Shown here: in pieces, positions 12,296-24,130 of the stretch | How positions within the stretch are numbered: the first letter of the stretch is position 1 | Layout of the letters: each line of letters starts with the position of its first letter | Origin: Selaginella moellendorffii | Lineage: Eukaryota; Plantae; Lycopodiophyta | DNA length: 64,000 bases | Assembly (NCBI RefSeq): GCF_000143415.4 | Contig: NW_003314262.1 | Coordinates: 344,610 to 408,609, forward strand | Reading direction: 5' to 3' | Notes under the pieces: model-generated | Database searches by the model: none | What the model saw: only the letters and a program-made list of their open reading frames with translations | What the model was told of the DNA's origin: nothing | Program-made: the position numbers and the translations under genes

Positions 12296-15200
12296 TTAAT
12301 GAATCTCACCTTGAACCCGGGTTATGAATGCTCTTGCTGCATCTCTTGCATGGTCTGGCAAGGTGATGGTGGCACTCTGCTTCTGCATCCAACTATGCAC
12401 AACATTATCCACCGATATGCTCATGCTGGGATCCCTTGGATTCAGCACCCATCTCTTTTCTAGGCAATCCTTCGTATATCCGGAACTTGGCTTGAACCAC
12501 TCCACAATTACATTGAAGGAGTTAGTTTCCGCGTCCTCCTCTGCATCAGTGATGCAGCGCCCCACCCATATCATTTGTTTTTTATTACTGGGTCTAACAA
12601 GCACGACCATTCCTTTGCAGACCTGTACTGGATTGAATGCTGAATCTGGCTTCTTGTTCCTCGGCCCACAATAGTGATCCTCAACATCGTTATCTGTCAC
12701 TGCATTTCCAGAGGACATTGTTCCGCTACTATCTGGTGCTCTGGGTTCTAGCCAAAAGGACTCTTCCAATTCTTCATATACAACCGGCCCATTTTGGATA
12801 GCAGATATAATCTTCTCCCAGTATTCGAGCAAAGGCTTGCACCTCTTAAAATAGGATTCTCCACCAAACACCAACCCCCTCTTCTAGAAGGCAATATGTT
12901 GTCTAATCCCGGCCACTATACTTTCCTGGTCTTTGAGTCCATCCAGGTGCATCGGCCGTGGGGAACCCTGAGGAATCATAGGTTCCCCAGTTATAGGATC
13001 TCTCTTGAAGAGTTCAATGCCGTCCACTGGCAGCCACACTCTGTCCCATTCTCTCATCATGTACCTCATCACTGGAGCACCGTCGCGCATGCTGAAATGA
13101 AACTGAAGAGGCTTGGAGTGGCCAATCAGCGCTTCGGATCCGTCCCTGATGTAGCCTCTTACAAACCCCTTAAAGTCTGGAACCTCTGTCACAAGTGCAG
13201 CTTCAATAGTGCCTTTGATGCAATTTTGGAATTCATCATAGAGTTGTGGGAGGGTGAGGACATTGGATCGCCGGAGGGACTCTGCCAGGTGACTGAACAT
13301 GGCATCGACGTCTTCATGAGTGTGCCCAACCATGAGAAAGCCAAGTGTAACCGTTTCAAATATGCCTTTGGCAACAAGCATCGCCAAGTACGCGAAGACG
13401 TACATGTTTTTGTTCTCACTGCCAGCATTGTCTGTTTGGAGCAGAAAATGGGGTGGAAGGCCACATCGGCCGCAAGAACTTCCTTGAGATTCTGCTTTGT
13501 TTGGATGAGGCTGTGCATTCACCGGGCGACCAGCCTCGTCGGAATGGCATGAGGCCTCACGTGATAACCCTACAATCTGACGGCCAACATATTCACTAAG
13601 ATGGCATGGGGCCCCACGCGATACTGCAAGCCTTTGCTCCTCCTCAAGCTGAACCCTATATGGGGTTCGATCGACAAGGGCCTTATGCAAGGGTTGGCCG
13701 TTCAACTCAGTCTGCGCACTTTGTAGAGACCTTAAGTGTTTTGCTAGGGATGCAATCATCATGTTTGCACCCCCGCCACCCCATAGAGGTACAAAGAAGT
13801 TCCCATAGTTCTGGGCACCATGCCCATGAGCGATTATGCCAAACAGAGACACAGGCAGCTGCATGGATGAAGAGATTGCCTTGGGGGCAGGATTGAGTCG
13901 AGGTAAGCACATCTTTTTCTGGTCCATTTTGTCGTGGATGATGCAGAGGTAAGAGTCAGGTCTCTTTATGGAGAGAATCCTGTTATGATAATATGCAGTC
14001 CTGCAGCTTCTCTGCTCGATGTTGTGGTCGAGCTGCCTTCTAACCAATGTCTCTCGCTCTTGAGCGCTGCAAGAATTCTTTGACAAAGCCATTTTGATAG
14101 CAGTGCACTCGTCATACTTTGAAAAGCTGGAGTACTTTCCTATACTCACATCCCTAAACCTGTTGCTCCACAATCTACTAAATCTAGATTGGCTTAGCTT
14201 CCTGTAGCCATTACTCTGGAGTTCCCGATTCACATCTTCCAATATGGCCCCCTTGGTATACATAGAAGGGAGAACTCGTTGGGTGTTTCGTGTTCCATCT
14301 TCCAAGAGGCGGGTTTTATGTGGTTGCTGCTTGTTACATGTCTCGACAAACCTCTTGAAGATTGCCTCTCCATATACAACATAACTCCTGGTTTTGTGCG
14401 TACCGTCGTTCCCATGGACTGCCTGTTGAACCCTTTGTTCCTCAAACTCAGTTTTTGATTCTGTAGAATGTGGTTCGAGGGACTCCATAAATGATTCTCC
14501 ATGCCTTCATGCAGACCAAACCCCTCTGGAAGACCATGCCCCCCACCTGATGTTCTGAAGCATCAACAGATGACCGTAATGCCTCATACACAAAATTGCG
14601 AGCTGCCTTCCAGGACAATGTCTTGTATCTTGCTCTCTCCTTTTCAATAGCATCCCAATCAGCATGTTGACAGCACCTCCTCTTGCAACAAGCAACTGTC
14701 GAGACCATTCGAACCTCCATCGCCATTTTCTGCCTTTTCGGTTCGTTGCTCAGATCCCTTTGGCTGCGCTTTAGGAAGGTGTACTTTCTTTTCCCATGAA
14801 AAGATGTTCTATCATCAGTTGTAGTGGTGTTTGATTGCGAATCTTTCACATTCTCAAACACTAAATGCCTCAATTTCCACCGCACAATGCTTCCAATAGT
14901 CAGACTGTTTTCTTCTGTGTCAACAACCTCTAAAATTGCAACTCCAATATCATCCCAGCCCAATTCTTGATTAGCAACCTCATCTCTTGGATCGACAACT
15001 GTGGCTAAGCCCTCAGCTACCACCTCCCCCTCGGGGTTGTTTAGAAACACCTTTGCCTGAATCCATGTAGCACAGTTCTTAAGATCCACGGAGGGAACAT
15101 GCGTCGCACTTGCGCTGTCCCCAACATCTGCTTTCTTCTGAAGATTTTTCAAGGCAACAACAACATTTACCCCGACGACCATCTCTCCTCGTTCAATAGC

Positions 15201-15365
15201 GACCACATTCCCATCGAAGACAATCTCTACTGATACAGCAGCATTGCCTTCCCCAAGCCTTTGACAGTGTATAACAAAGTTCCGATCCATAGACACAAGG
15301 GTCCCTTTTGCAACTCTCTTCCCACCATTCAAAATGTAAACCTTTTCCCCAACCCTGAAGGCCAT
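12296..15365 (-). pseudogene. Sola-like DDD transposase with two N-terminal Tnp1/En/Spm-like barrels and a C-terminal SH3/BAH-like domain
   Basis: CC..RCC and VCMKAWRIIYGV N-terminal motifs; catalytic-type IIHDKMDQ, LQTDNAGSENKN, FLMVGHTHEDVD; +1 frameshift in an A-run at ~14453; in-frame TAG at 12884-12886. Confidence 0.8.
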
Positions 15366-15729
15366 TCTGAAAGTGCAGAAAAGAAGTTAAGACCATACAA
15401 AAAATGATTGGAGAATGGCCTAAATTATAACATACCAAACAACCTCAATAGCATGAGGCCACATGCCATTATTCAAACATGCTATTGACACCCACGTGAA
15501 ATTTCGCATTCACAAAATTGGTATGAGGCCTCATGCATCTTGATATACACACAACTGCAGGCAAGTAAAAACATACATGACAATACGCTAGCCATGAAAT
15601 TGCAAGGGCCCAAGATGGCATGTGGCCTCATGCCATTTCTAAATGCGGTCCTAAGCCATTCCATGGTGAACATACCAGGAAGCACAAGTGCCGAATATCA
15701 AGAGGAAGCGGTAGCCACACCAAAGACAG

Positions 15730-15860
15730 TGCCGCTCGCAACACCGCAACTACTCGTAGCACCGCTCGCAACACCACAACTGCTCGTAGCGCTGCTCGCA
15801 CAAACTGCCACTCGCATAAACTGCCGCTCGCAATAGCGCTCGCAATGCCGCAACCGCTTG
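15730..15860. repeat. Short tandem repeats (ccgctcgcaacacc/ctcgtagc) upstream of the transposase
   Basis: Repeated 15-30 bp GC-rich units. Confidence 0.7.
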
Positions 15861-16437
15861 TAGACGCATAAACCATAGCTCACAACGCCGCTTACACAAG
15901 CAGCGCTCACTGCGCTCAGTGGAACCAAGAACACGGCGCACAAAAATGATAGACCTAGGAATGAGTTTGAGAATTCAAAAATAACACACGCTTGAACGTC
16001 ACATCAAATCCTCTGACAAACCAGATCTTATGATTCCTTTGACAAATTTCAAACTGAGTAGCTTATAGACTTTGCTGTCGGAGGTTGAACTTTGTCACAT
16101 CATGTCCTTGCCTCGATCTAGCTGTGCCATTCAGTGATTCGAACTTTGCCATGCCGTGTTAGCGATCCGCGCCAAGATTATTCGCCGTGTAAAGGAATAA
16201 TTATGCTATGTGTGTACGTCCATTTATGGCAATATAAGGCCACACGCCATTCAAAGAATAATGCTAGTCGAGTATTTTTTGGTGCATTTTTGGGTTCAAA
16301 ATTGCATGAGCCCACACGCTATAAAGTTTACCTGTACCAAAAATAGAAACAGCTTTATTTACTTGGGAATTTAAGTGGTTGAGGCATTTTTAAACTTACA
16401 AACACATGCCCTACTTACATTCCTTTGGTTGCTTAAA

Positions 16438-17889
16438 ATTCAAAAATATTATAAACCTTTCTTTTTGCAGTTTCAATGTTTTCAATTATGGTTTTTGATT
16501 TTCGCAGGACCAGCCTAGTAATCTATTTGCATCCCGTCATTTTTATAGCTAGCTTTTATTTGTCCCCTTCGCTAGCCTGAGATACATCTGCTCGGCATCT
16601 ACCTCTTACAGCATTTGCCCAGAAAGGGCATCTTTCTTCACGTAGTATTTGCCACATGTTTAGGGTTTAGGGTTTAGGGTTTAACAATTCAGTAGCTTGA
16701 TAAACATGCAAATACAGAACTATTGCCATGTCACAATGCCCCTAGGACCATAAACACATTTCAATAGAGAGGGTCCTTTCATTTCATAACTCCTTACGTA
16801 GATCTTGGTGAAACCAGAGTTAGTGAAGTTAGTTTCTTGTGATCCCGCATCTGATTGTGATGTCCTTTTGCAGTGTCGATGGAAAGGTCAATGCACACTA
16901 AATTGTAAAATCTTGGAGCAAAATAACGGTCGGATCTATGGCAAATGCCCTTGAAACATTGTAAGGCTCGTATGGTCTCATGTGGTGTTCGATCGAGATG
17001 CTTCTTTGCAGGGTCATCAAGAAAGACATTGTATACCATTTTGTAAAATCTAGTTGCGATCTAACGGTTGGATCTCCAGAAAACTCAAAAAAATCTCGCG
17101 CGTGTTAGAATATTCTAGGAATATACTCCTATGTGCCCCTGAAAATGGCATGCGGCCCCACGCCATTCAAGAGATAACGCTAGATGACGCCGAGCATTTT
17201 TTGGTGCATTTTTTGGGATCAAAATTGCATGAGCCCACACGCTTGAACGTCACATCAAATCCTCTGACAAACCATCTTATTCAAAAATATTATAAACCTT
17301 TCATTTTGCATTTTCAATGTTTTCAATTATGGTTTTTGATTTTCGCAGGACCAGCCTAGTAATCTATTTGCATCCCATCATGTTTATAGCTAGCTTTCAT
17401 TTGTCCCCTTCGCTAGCCTGAGATACATCTGCTTGGCATCTGCCTCTTACAGCATTTGCCCAGAAAGGGCATCTTTCTTCACGTAGCATTTGCCACATGT
17501 TTAGGGTTTAGGGTTTAGCAATTCAGTAGCTTGATAAACATGCAAATACAGAACTTGATGCAAAATCCTTTGATATGTCACAATGCCCCTAGGACCATAA
17601 ACACATTTCAATAGAGAGAGTCCTTTCATTTCATAACTCCTTACGTAGATCTTGGTGAAACCAGAGTTAGTGAAGTTGGTTTCTTGTGATCCCGCATCTA
17701 ATTGTGATGTCCTTTTGCAGTGTCGATGGAAAGGTCAATGCACACCAAACTGTAGAATCTTGGAGCAAAATAACGGTCGGATCTATGGCAAATGCCCCTG
17801 AAACATTGTAAGGCTCGTGTGATCTCATGTGGTGTCCGATCGAGATGCTTCTTTGCAGGGTCATCAAGAAGGACATTGTATACCATTCT
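16438..17889. repeat. Internal direct duplication (~600 bp; 16438-17040 and 17279-17889), each copy with TTTAGGG repeats
   Basis: Near-identical blocks; (TTTAGGG)n at ~16659-16682 and ~17500-17517. Confidence 0.9.
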
Positions 17890-18179
17890 TTATTTAGCTG
17901 AACATCTGGCATTTTTGGAAATACAAGATGCTTTGGAATATCCAATCATGCATGGTATAAATATAGCGAGGGTATTAAATGATATCCCAATCATGATCTT
18001 TCTTTTGGATTTCGCGTGCATGCAGTCCGAGGAATGATGACGTTGCGGATTTCTTTTGGATTTCACGTGCATGCATGCGCGCGGCGATCTAGAAATTAAT
18101 GGTGGCGCCCAAGTCCAAGGAATGATGACGTTGCAGGATTACCAACTGTCGTGACATTTCGTGCGTGTGAGGTTAGGTT

Positions 18180-21100
18180 TTGCATTGTACTCGCGCTCGC
18201 ATCGCGTTCCCACTCGCGATCACGCTCACATTCGGCGATGTTCAAAAACTATATTCCAACATTGAGCCGTTGAGAGTGCCTCCAGTTCGCGAAGCGAAGG
18301 GGAAGGGGGTCGATCTGGAAACTACCCCGAAGCAGAAAAGGGTGGTCAAGCTCAAGCCGATGTCCAACTCTCCTGCTCCAAAAAAGAAGCTACTCGGTGA
18401 TGCCATTGCCTCGGGTTCAAACACTACACCCACCAAAAAGAAAAGCCGCAAAGAGCAGAAAGAGCAAGAAGAGGCAGCAAAAATCGTCGCAGATAATAGT
18501 ACTTGTTACTATTCCAACAAAGTATATACAATCGACGTGAGCCGTATCAACATCCAAAGCAAATACAACCACAGGCTAGTATCTGATGAGTGGGTGGAGA
18601 AACTGAAGCAGAAGATGCTGGCAAGTCCAGTAACACCCGACATCGCAGACGTGATCCCCTACTACCGAACAATGAAGGGCGAGATGAGGTTTCCAGACTT
18701 GATCAATAGGAAGGTGTTGGACGATCAGAACATCCGGTTCTATGCCGTCTCCGGGCAGCATTCTAGCTTGGCGATGCAAGAGATAGTTGTGGATATTATG
18801 GTGGGTGAGGAGGTGAAAAAAGTCTTCAAGACAAGAGTTGTTTGCCTGATAAAAGGCAACTCGCCCCTCCGATCTATCATATACATCTCCCACACACAGA
18901 ATGTCAAGCAAGAAACGTGCTACAAATCGGGTCTGCACGAGACATTGGCACGAACACGGAAGCTCTGGGTTCAACTGAAGAAGCCACAAAAACCAGGACA
19001 AGGACGTGCACTAGCAACTAGTGCCTGGCAGGTAAGCCTCGTTGCATGTGGCATAGCATGTGGCCTCACGCCATTTCCATTGCAGGAATTCTCGAGTCTT
19101 CTCTCGAAAACACTGGGGGTCAATGACACACTCAGCATCCATAACATTCTACTCGCGACAAAGGTTGTTTTTGACAAATGGGTAGATGTGCTGAGGAGGT
19201 ACCATGACGGGGAGTTGCTAAACTCAATGGGTGTGGAGTTGAAGCCCAATGATTTGAAGCTCAACGCCTTGCGTTTCTCGCGGTCTCTAGACGACGACGA
19301 CCTTCTGACAGTGGCTAATGCTCTTCTACGTGGTGAGGTAATCTTCAACAAGACCAAAATGACTCCCGGCCATATTGTGACATACGAGGACTTGTGCACT
19401 ACTCTGAGAGCTCGTGCGCTATTGAAGGATTGGATCTTCGAGCAAGTGGCCGTGGAGAGGGTGAGCATCGACACCACGCAAGAGATGATGGAAGCGCTGG
19501 AGTTGTCAAATGAAGACATCGACGAGTACGTGAAGGGGGCCCCCAAGTTCATCGATCTGCTATGGGATGCCATGAAAAGTAAAGCTGAGAAGTTGGATCA
19601 GTATCCAAATTTCATTAAGAGGGATGTCGACCGCCGGCTTCAGAAACAGCTCGACCCCGCAGCAGAGGCCTATCGAGAACCTTACCGGGTATACGTGAAT
19701 TCGGATGAGGATCAAAGGTGGAGGAGCATCGTTTCCCGCAGAGATGAGCAGGTCAAGAACATCTTTTATGTGATGGACTTCACAAACGAGGAGATCACTC
19801 ATGCAGATGAAGTCAGCTCCATCATTGACTTAATGGTGGGACTTGTGGAGGTGGAATCTTCAGTCCACTATATGATCTATGACTCTGAATCCTATCACAA
19901 GTTCTGGAAGGCCTTGAACGAGGTGAAGGCTTAGTTGAAAGGCAAGGAGATGCGGGAGATCCATGGGATAATGGCTAAGAAGAAGATACCAACGAATATC
20001 CGCATCTTCACACTCGCCTTTGTTATTGGTCCTGCAGTAGAGTGGAACTGGAGTGACTTCCCAGCTTCGTTCGACAAGGCTGATCGAATTGATCTGAGGG
20101 AGGTCAATTTACCCGTGCCTGAGGAACTGAAGACGGCTATGGAGCTTTCGAATCCAAAGAAAGCTCCATATGCAGCATGGGAAATGCTCAGCTGGGTCTT
20201 TAACGCAATAGCGGGTGGGTCACCTGCTTCCGACTCCAAGGGCAAATGCGTTGTCGAGTACAACTACGGCAGACTATTCTTTCGAGCCGCACTACTCAAG
20301 GGTGTCCCGTGTGTTGCGGTGACAAACTCCATTGAAGAGGTGACTTCAATGGAGCATATAATTACAGTTGCCAAAGAAAAATAGTATCTTCTCTACGAAC
20401 CTGGTGAGTACGCACTTTAAGTTTAAATGTTATCTCACAAGCTCTGTATACAGGAGCGTGGCCACCCCCAGATGCTGAAACGGCGTTAACAGCTACTGTT
20501 GAAGATACCCATGTTGGGTCGAGCTCACAACCTACACAAGGTAAGGTCACGTGAGGCCTCATGCCATTTTGATTATAGATCGTTGTGAATATTCAGACAC
20601 GAGGACTGAAAAGCGCACTGGTGGCGCATCGAAGAAGGACAAACAGATAAGCAATAGGAAAAAAGGAGGTACAAATTATATTTGCAATGGCGTGTGGTCT
20701 CATGCCATTCCTTGCAGAAGACACTTCTTCAAAGGCAAAACAGGCAAGCACCAGCCAAGCTCAAACTGACAGTGGTCATAAAAAGCGAAAGCACGTTGGA
20801 CAGTCGTCAGGATCAGAGGCATTTGATTCAAAAAGGAAGAAGGGCAACGAAAAGATGATAGGTAATGCCTCGCGATTATGGCGTGTGTGCTCATGCCATT
20901 CATTGCAGATCATGGGCTGAGTGAAAGCAGCCAGTCACCACCTCCTGACTCAAATTCCTATGGCAGACTCCCCTTCCCCAATCTCAATGGAGAGGTACAA
21001 TGGATGAGGGATGCTTTTTAAGTCAGGGCCACATTTTTCTCATCTCGTCATCTTCAAAGGGTGCAAGAACGTGCAGAAACCATGTTAAGACAGTCAGGTG

Positions 21101-21742
21101 AGGATACGGTCCTAGGTCACGCACTAAAACAAGCTATGGATGTCTTGTATTTTGAGATGGAGACTCGGCCAGATGATTTTCCCAAGATGGTCCTGGAAGA
21201 ACAAGCCATCTAGCCTGACTAGCCTATGGAGCAAGCCCATCTTCGTCAAGCCAGAGGCTGTAGTGATGAACCGGACTGCTAGGTCAAGTGAAATCCTCAT
21301 CATCGATGACTCGCCGATTAAAACTGCAGCGAACACGCACACATATGCAGTGCACCCCATCTCTTGTAGTATGGAAACTAGGGAGAAGAAACCATATGTT
21401 CTGGGGGACCTTGCAAAATGGCTTGGAGCGATGGTGATAGAGAACCGGCCAGTCCAGGAGGTGGCTGCAGAAATCAACCAAATGGCAGATGGAACGGTAT
21501 ATTAGAAGCCATTTGATCGGACAAACACCAGTCATCATTTATGGCATGTATATTGTCTAGCCAAGCACTATCCGCATCTCCATAATCTGCTCAACCGGAT
21601 GGGTTCTTCGACCACTGAACATGAGCATGGACGTATTAGAGAAGAGATGGCATTACTATTGGGTTTAAATCCTGATAGTGTGGAGAGTGATGAAATTCCA
21701 AGATTATTGTATAGGCGTTGGAGGCAAAAAATAATAGTCTGA
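18180..21742 (+). pseudogene. Multi-exon ParB/Srx-like + degenerate amino-MTase-like gene with C-terminal FCP1-like fragment
   Basis: IDVSRI...NHRLVSDEWVEKLKQKM...FYAVSGQHS (ParB-like); IFYVMDF...WVFNAI...CVVEYNYGRLFFRAALLKGVPCVAV (MTase-like, degenerate). Introns 19032-19085, 20404-20453, 20541-20578, 20669-20717, 20862-20908. In-frame TAG at 19932, 20382 and 21503. Start uncertain. Confidence 0.6.
21140..21505 (+). pseudogene. C-terminal half of an FCP1/NIF (HAD) phosphatase-like domain
   Basis: KPIFVK...ILIIDDSPIKTAAN...HP...LAKWLGAM; no DxDxT motif seen. Confidence 0.55.
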
Positions 21743-22188
21743 GATGGCATGTATTTATTTAAAAATGTAACTTATTATGGCATGGGGTTCCATGCAATTG
21801 TATTAATATTAAAAGACAATTCTTTGAGAGGATTTGCATTATACTAGAAGTGTTACAGCATGTTATTGGAAATCTACGAAGTTGTTTTATTAATAAGGGG
21901 AAAGTAAAGATTGAATGGGGACTTGGGCTCCATCTAGACTCGGAGCAACTGAGCCAATATTAAAAGGATGGAAAGAAATTGGACGACGATGACAAGGAGA
22001 AGAGAGAGGTGAAGCAGTGGTAGGGGGAGGAGAAGTGATTGAGTAGACATTTCTTTGTTTAAAATAAAATGGCATGTGCCTCAATGCAGTTGAATTTTGT
22101 TATAATTATATACTATATAAAGGTTTGGAAACCTTATTTTACAAGTGGGATAATGACAATTCCCACTTTAACGAAATAGAGCTTCACT

Positions 22189-23790
22189 AAGTAATTTCTT
22201 TACCTTTGTCTTCTTTGTGCTGTTGATTTTCTTGTCAATTGCAGCTAAATGCTCTGAGAGTTCTTGATCATTTTCAGCTCGATGCGACTGTGCATATGCA
22301 TCTTGCTTAACCTTCACCAATGGTTGAAGACAACACAAACATTCTATGATAAGAAGTATACTTAAAAGAACATACCTTACTCCACACAGCTGTCATAAAA
22401 GCCACTGGATTTTTGTACCATCTATTGGCATCCTGACGACCTCGTTGATGCCAAATAAGTGATGCTAAATCATCACCATAGTGGCTGCGGACTGCATCCT
22501 CGTCGAGATTGGCAAGAAACCGAATCTGCTCGATATCATATACTAGGCTTTGTTTCTGCACTACAAATTGTCCCAGTCTGCAAAACACAAATTGTTAAAA
22601 GTGATTGAAGAGGGAGAGGTACTTACACATTAATTTTGTGGCAAGCTATCACAAGCCTTGCCACATCTAGAGATCCTCTCGCGTGTACATGTCCAACCGG
22701 AACATTGATGTGATAGACAGGATCGTCTCGGAAGCATTCTCGGATGCACTTCATCCACGCGCACCAGCGATGATTTCCGTCAATAATGTAGAACATTTTC
22801 CCCACAAATTGTTGAGTCTCAGGATGGCTCATAAGCTTGATGTCAAATTCGCGGAACTCCATTTTCCAAATGTCATCCCAATCCCTCTCGATTTCCGGTG
22901 ACACCGAGAGGGTATTTGTCGTTCCTGGCTTGAAAACCGAAACAAGGAACATACCTATGTTTGTCCCAAGGCCATTCTGTTTGTACAGACTATAGATGTC
23001 CATGTTGATGAAGTGCGGTGAAGCAGACAGAACGATGCTTGTCTGAGTGAATCAACATAGTGGGATTTCTCGGATCATGTGCCCCGAGCCTTCCCACTTG
23101 AGAGACTCCAGAGTTGTGTGAATGGCCTTCTCTTTAGTTCTCAAAACTATCTCTTGGAAGCGCTTGTCGACAATGTGTTCAGGTAGCTCCACTTCTCTTT
23201 TAGCTTTAGCTACACCTCCAGTAGCACCATTATCAGATCTAGCCCCCGACTCGGGCTCAACACCGCTATCAAGCGCACTTGGGCACTGCTCCGTTTTTAC
23301 CATATTTTGTGAATATGTTAAGAGTAGTGGCATTTGTGGTTATGGCAGCAATGGTAGTGATGACAATGGTTGCGCTGGTGGTGGTGATGATGGTGGCGGT
23401 GGTGGTGGTAATGGTGGTGATGACGGTGGTGGTGGTAATGGTGGTGATGACGGTGGTGGTGGTAATGGTGGTGATGACGGTGGTGGTGGTAATGGTGGTG
23501 ATGACGGTGGTGGTAATGGTGGTGATGAAGGTAAAGGTGGCGATGGTGGTAATGGTGGTGGCGGTGGTGGCGGTGGTAATGGTGGTGGTGGGCATTGATG
23601 GCGGTGGTGGGGGTGCATGTGGACTAGAGCTATGTGGTTGGGAAGATGGTAGAATTGTCGCTGTGGAAATCTCAATCTGAAGGTCAATTTGATTGTCGTC
23701 TTGGATCTCATCTTCCTTATGTCTTCTCTTTGATCCAACATCCCTCTCCTTTTGTAGTTGCTTCCGTTTCTGAAAATAAAAAAAACTCAT
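22189..23790 (-). pseudogene. 5' half of ParB-like + MTase gene (Pro-rich N-terminus, ParB/Srx-like DGNHR domain)
   Basis: MFYIIDGNHRWCAW; introns 22578-22626 and 22312-22375; frame reads ...KVKKLLS|VANPR across the excised Sola insertion; stops at 23052 and 23340. Confidence 0.75.
23365..23612. repeat. GGT-rich coding repeat (PPPPSSPPL units on the minus strand)
   Basis: 27-bp tandem units. Confidence 0.9.
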
Positions 23791-23921
23791 TATAAATTAT
23801 AAATGCATAAGAAGAGGGGAATAGGGCGTGGGCTCGGTGCACTCGCCTTTTCGCCAGCAAACCGGGCCGGCCCGCGCCAAGACTGCCCGCGAGCCGGCCT
23901 TGGCGCTTGGAGGTGGGCCGG

Positions 23922-24130
23922 NNNNNNNNNNNNNNNNNNNNNNNNNNNNNNNNNNNNNNNNNNNNNNNNNNNNNNNNNNNNNNNNNNNNNNNNNNNNNNN
24001 NNNNNNNNNNNNNNNNNNNNNNNNNNNNNNNNNNNNNNNNNNNNNNNNNNNNNNNNNNNNNNNNNNNNNNNNNNNNNNNNNNNNNNNNNNNNNNNNNNNN
24101 NNNNNNNNNNNNNNNNNNNNNNNNNNNNNN
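23922..24130. other. Assembly gap (N run) within a GC-rich repeat
   Basis: N bases. Confidence 1.

Larger units (their letters stand above)
10891..22091. repeat. Dispersed 22-bp palindrome ATGGCRTG-N-GGCC-N-CAYGCCAT (~20 copies)
   Basis: Copies start at about 10891, 11207, 11296, 11703, 11896, 12056, 12202, 13544, 13601, 15448, 15518, 15615, 16226, 16301, 17145, 17223, 19053, 20546, 20687, 20878, 21777 and 22070. Confidence 0.9.
10665..22184 (-). mobile_element. Nested Sola-type DNA transposon, 11.5 kb
   Basis: Perfect 24-bp TIRs AAGCTCTATTTCGTTAAAGTGGGA (10665-10688, 22161-22184); 4-bp TSD CACT; Sola-like transposase inside. Confidence 0.9.

Noticed and set aside
10891-22091. Palindromes as a CRISPR array
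   Set aside because: Irregular spacing, degenerate copies, no cas genes, eukaryotic context
23122-23790. Gly-rich, Thr-rich and Val-rich ORFs, or an extensin gene
   Set aside because: Alternative frames of one GGT repeat that forms the N-terminus of the ParB-like gene
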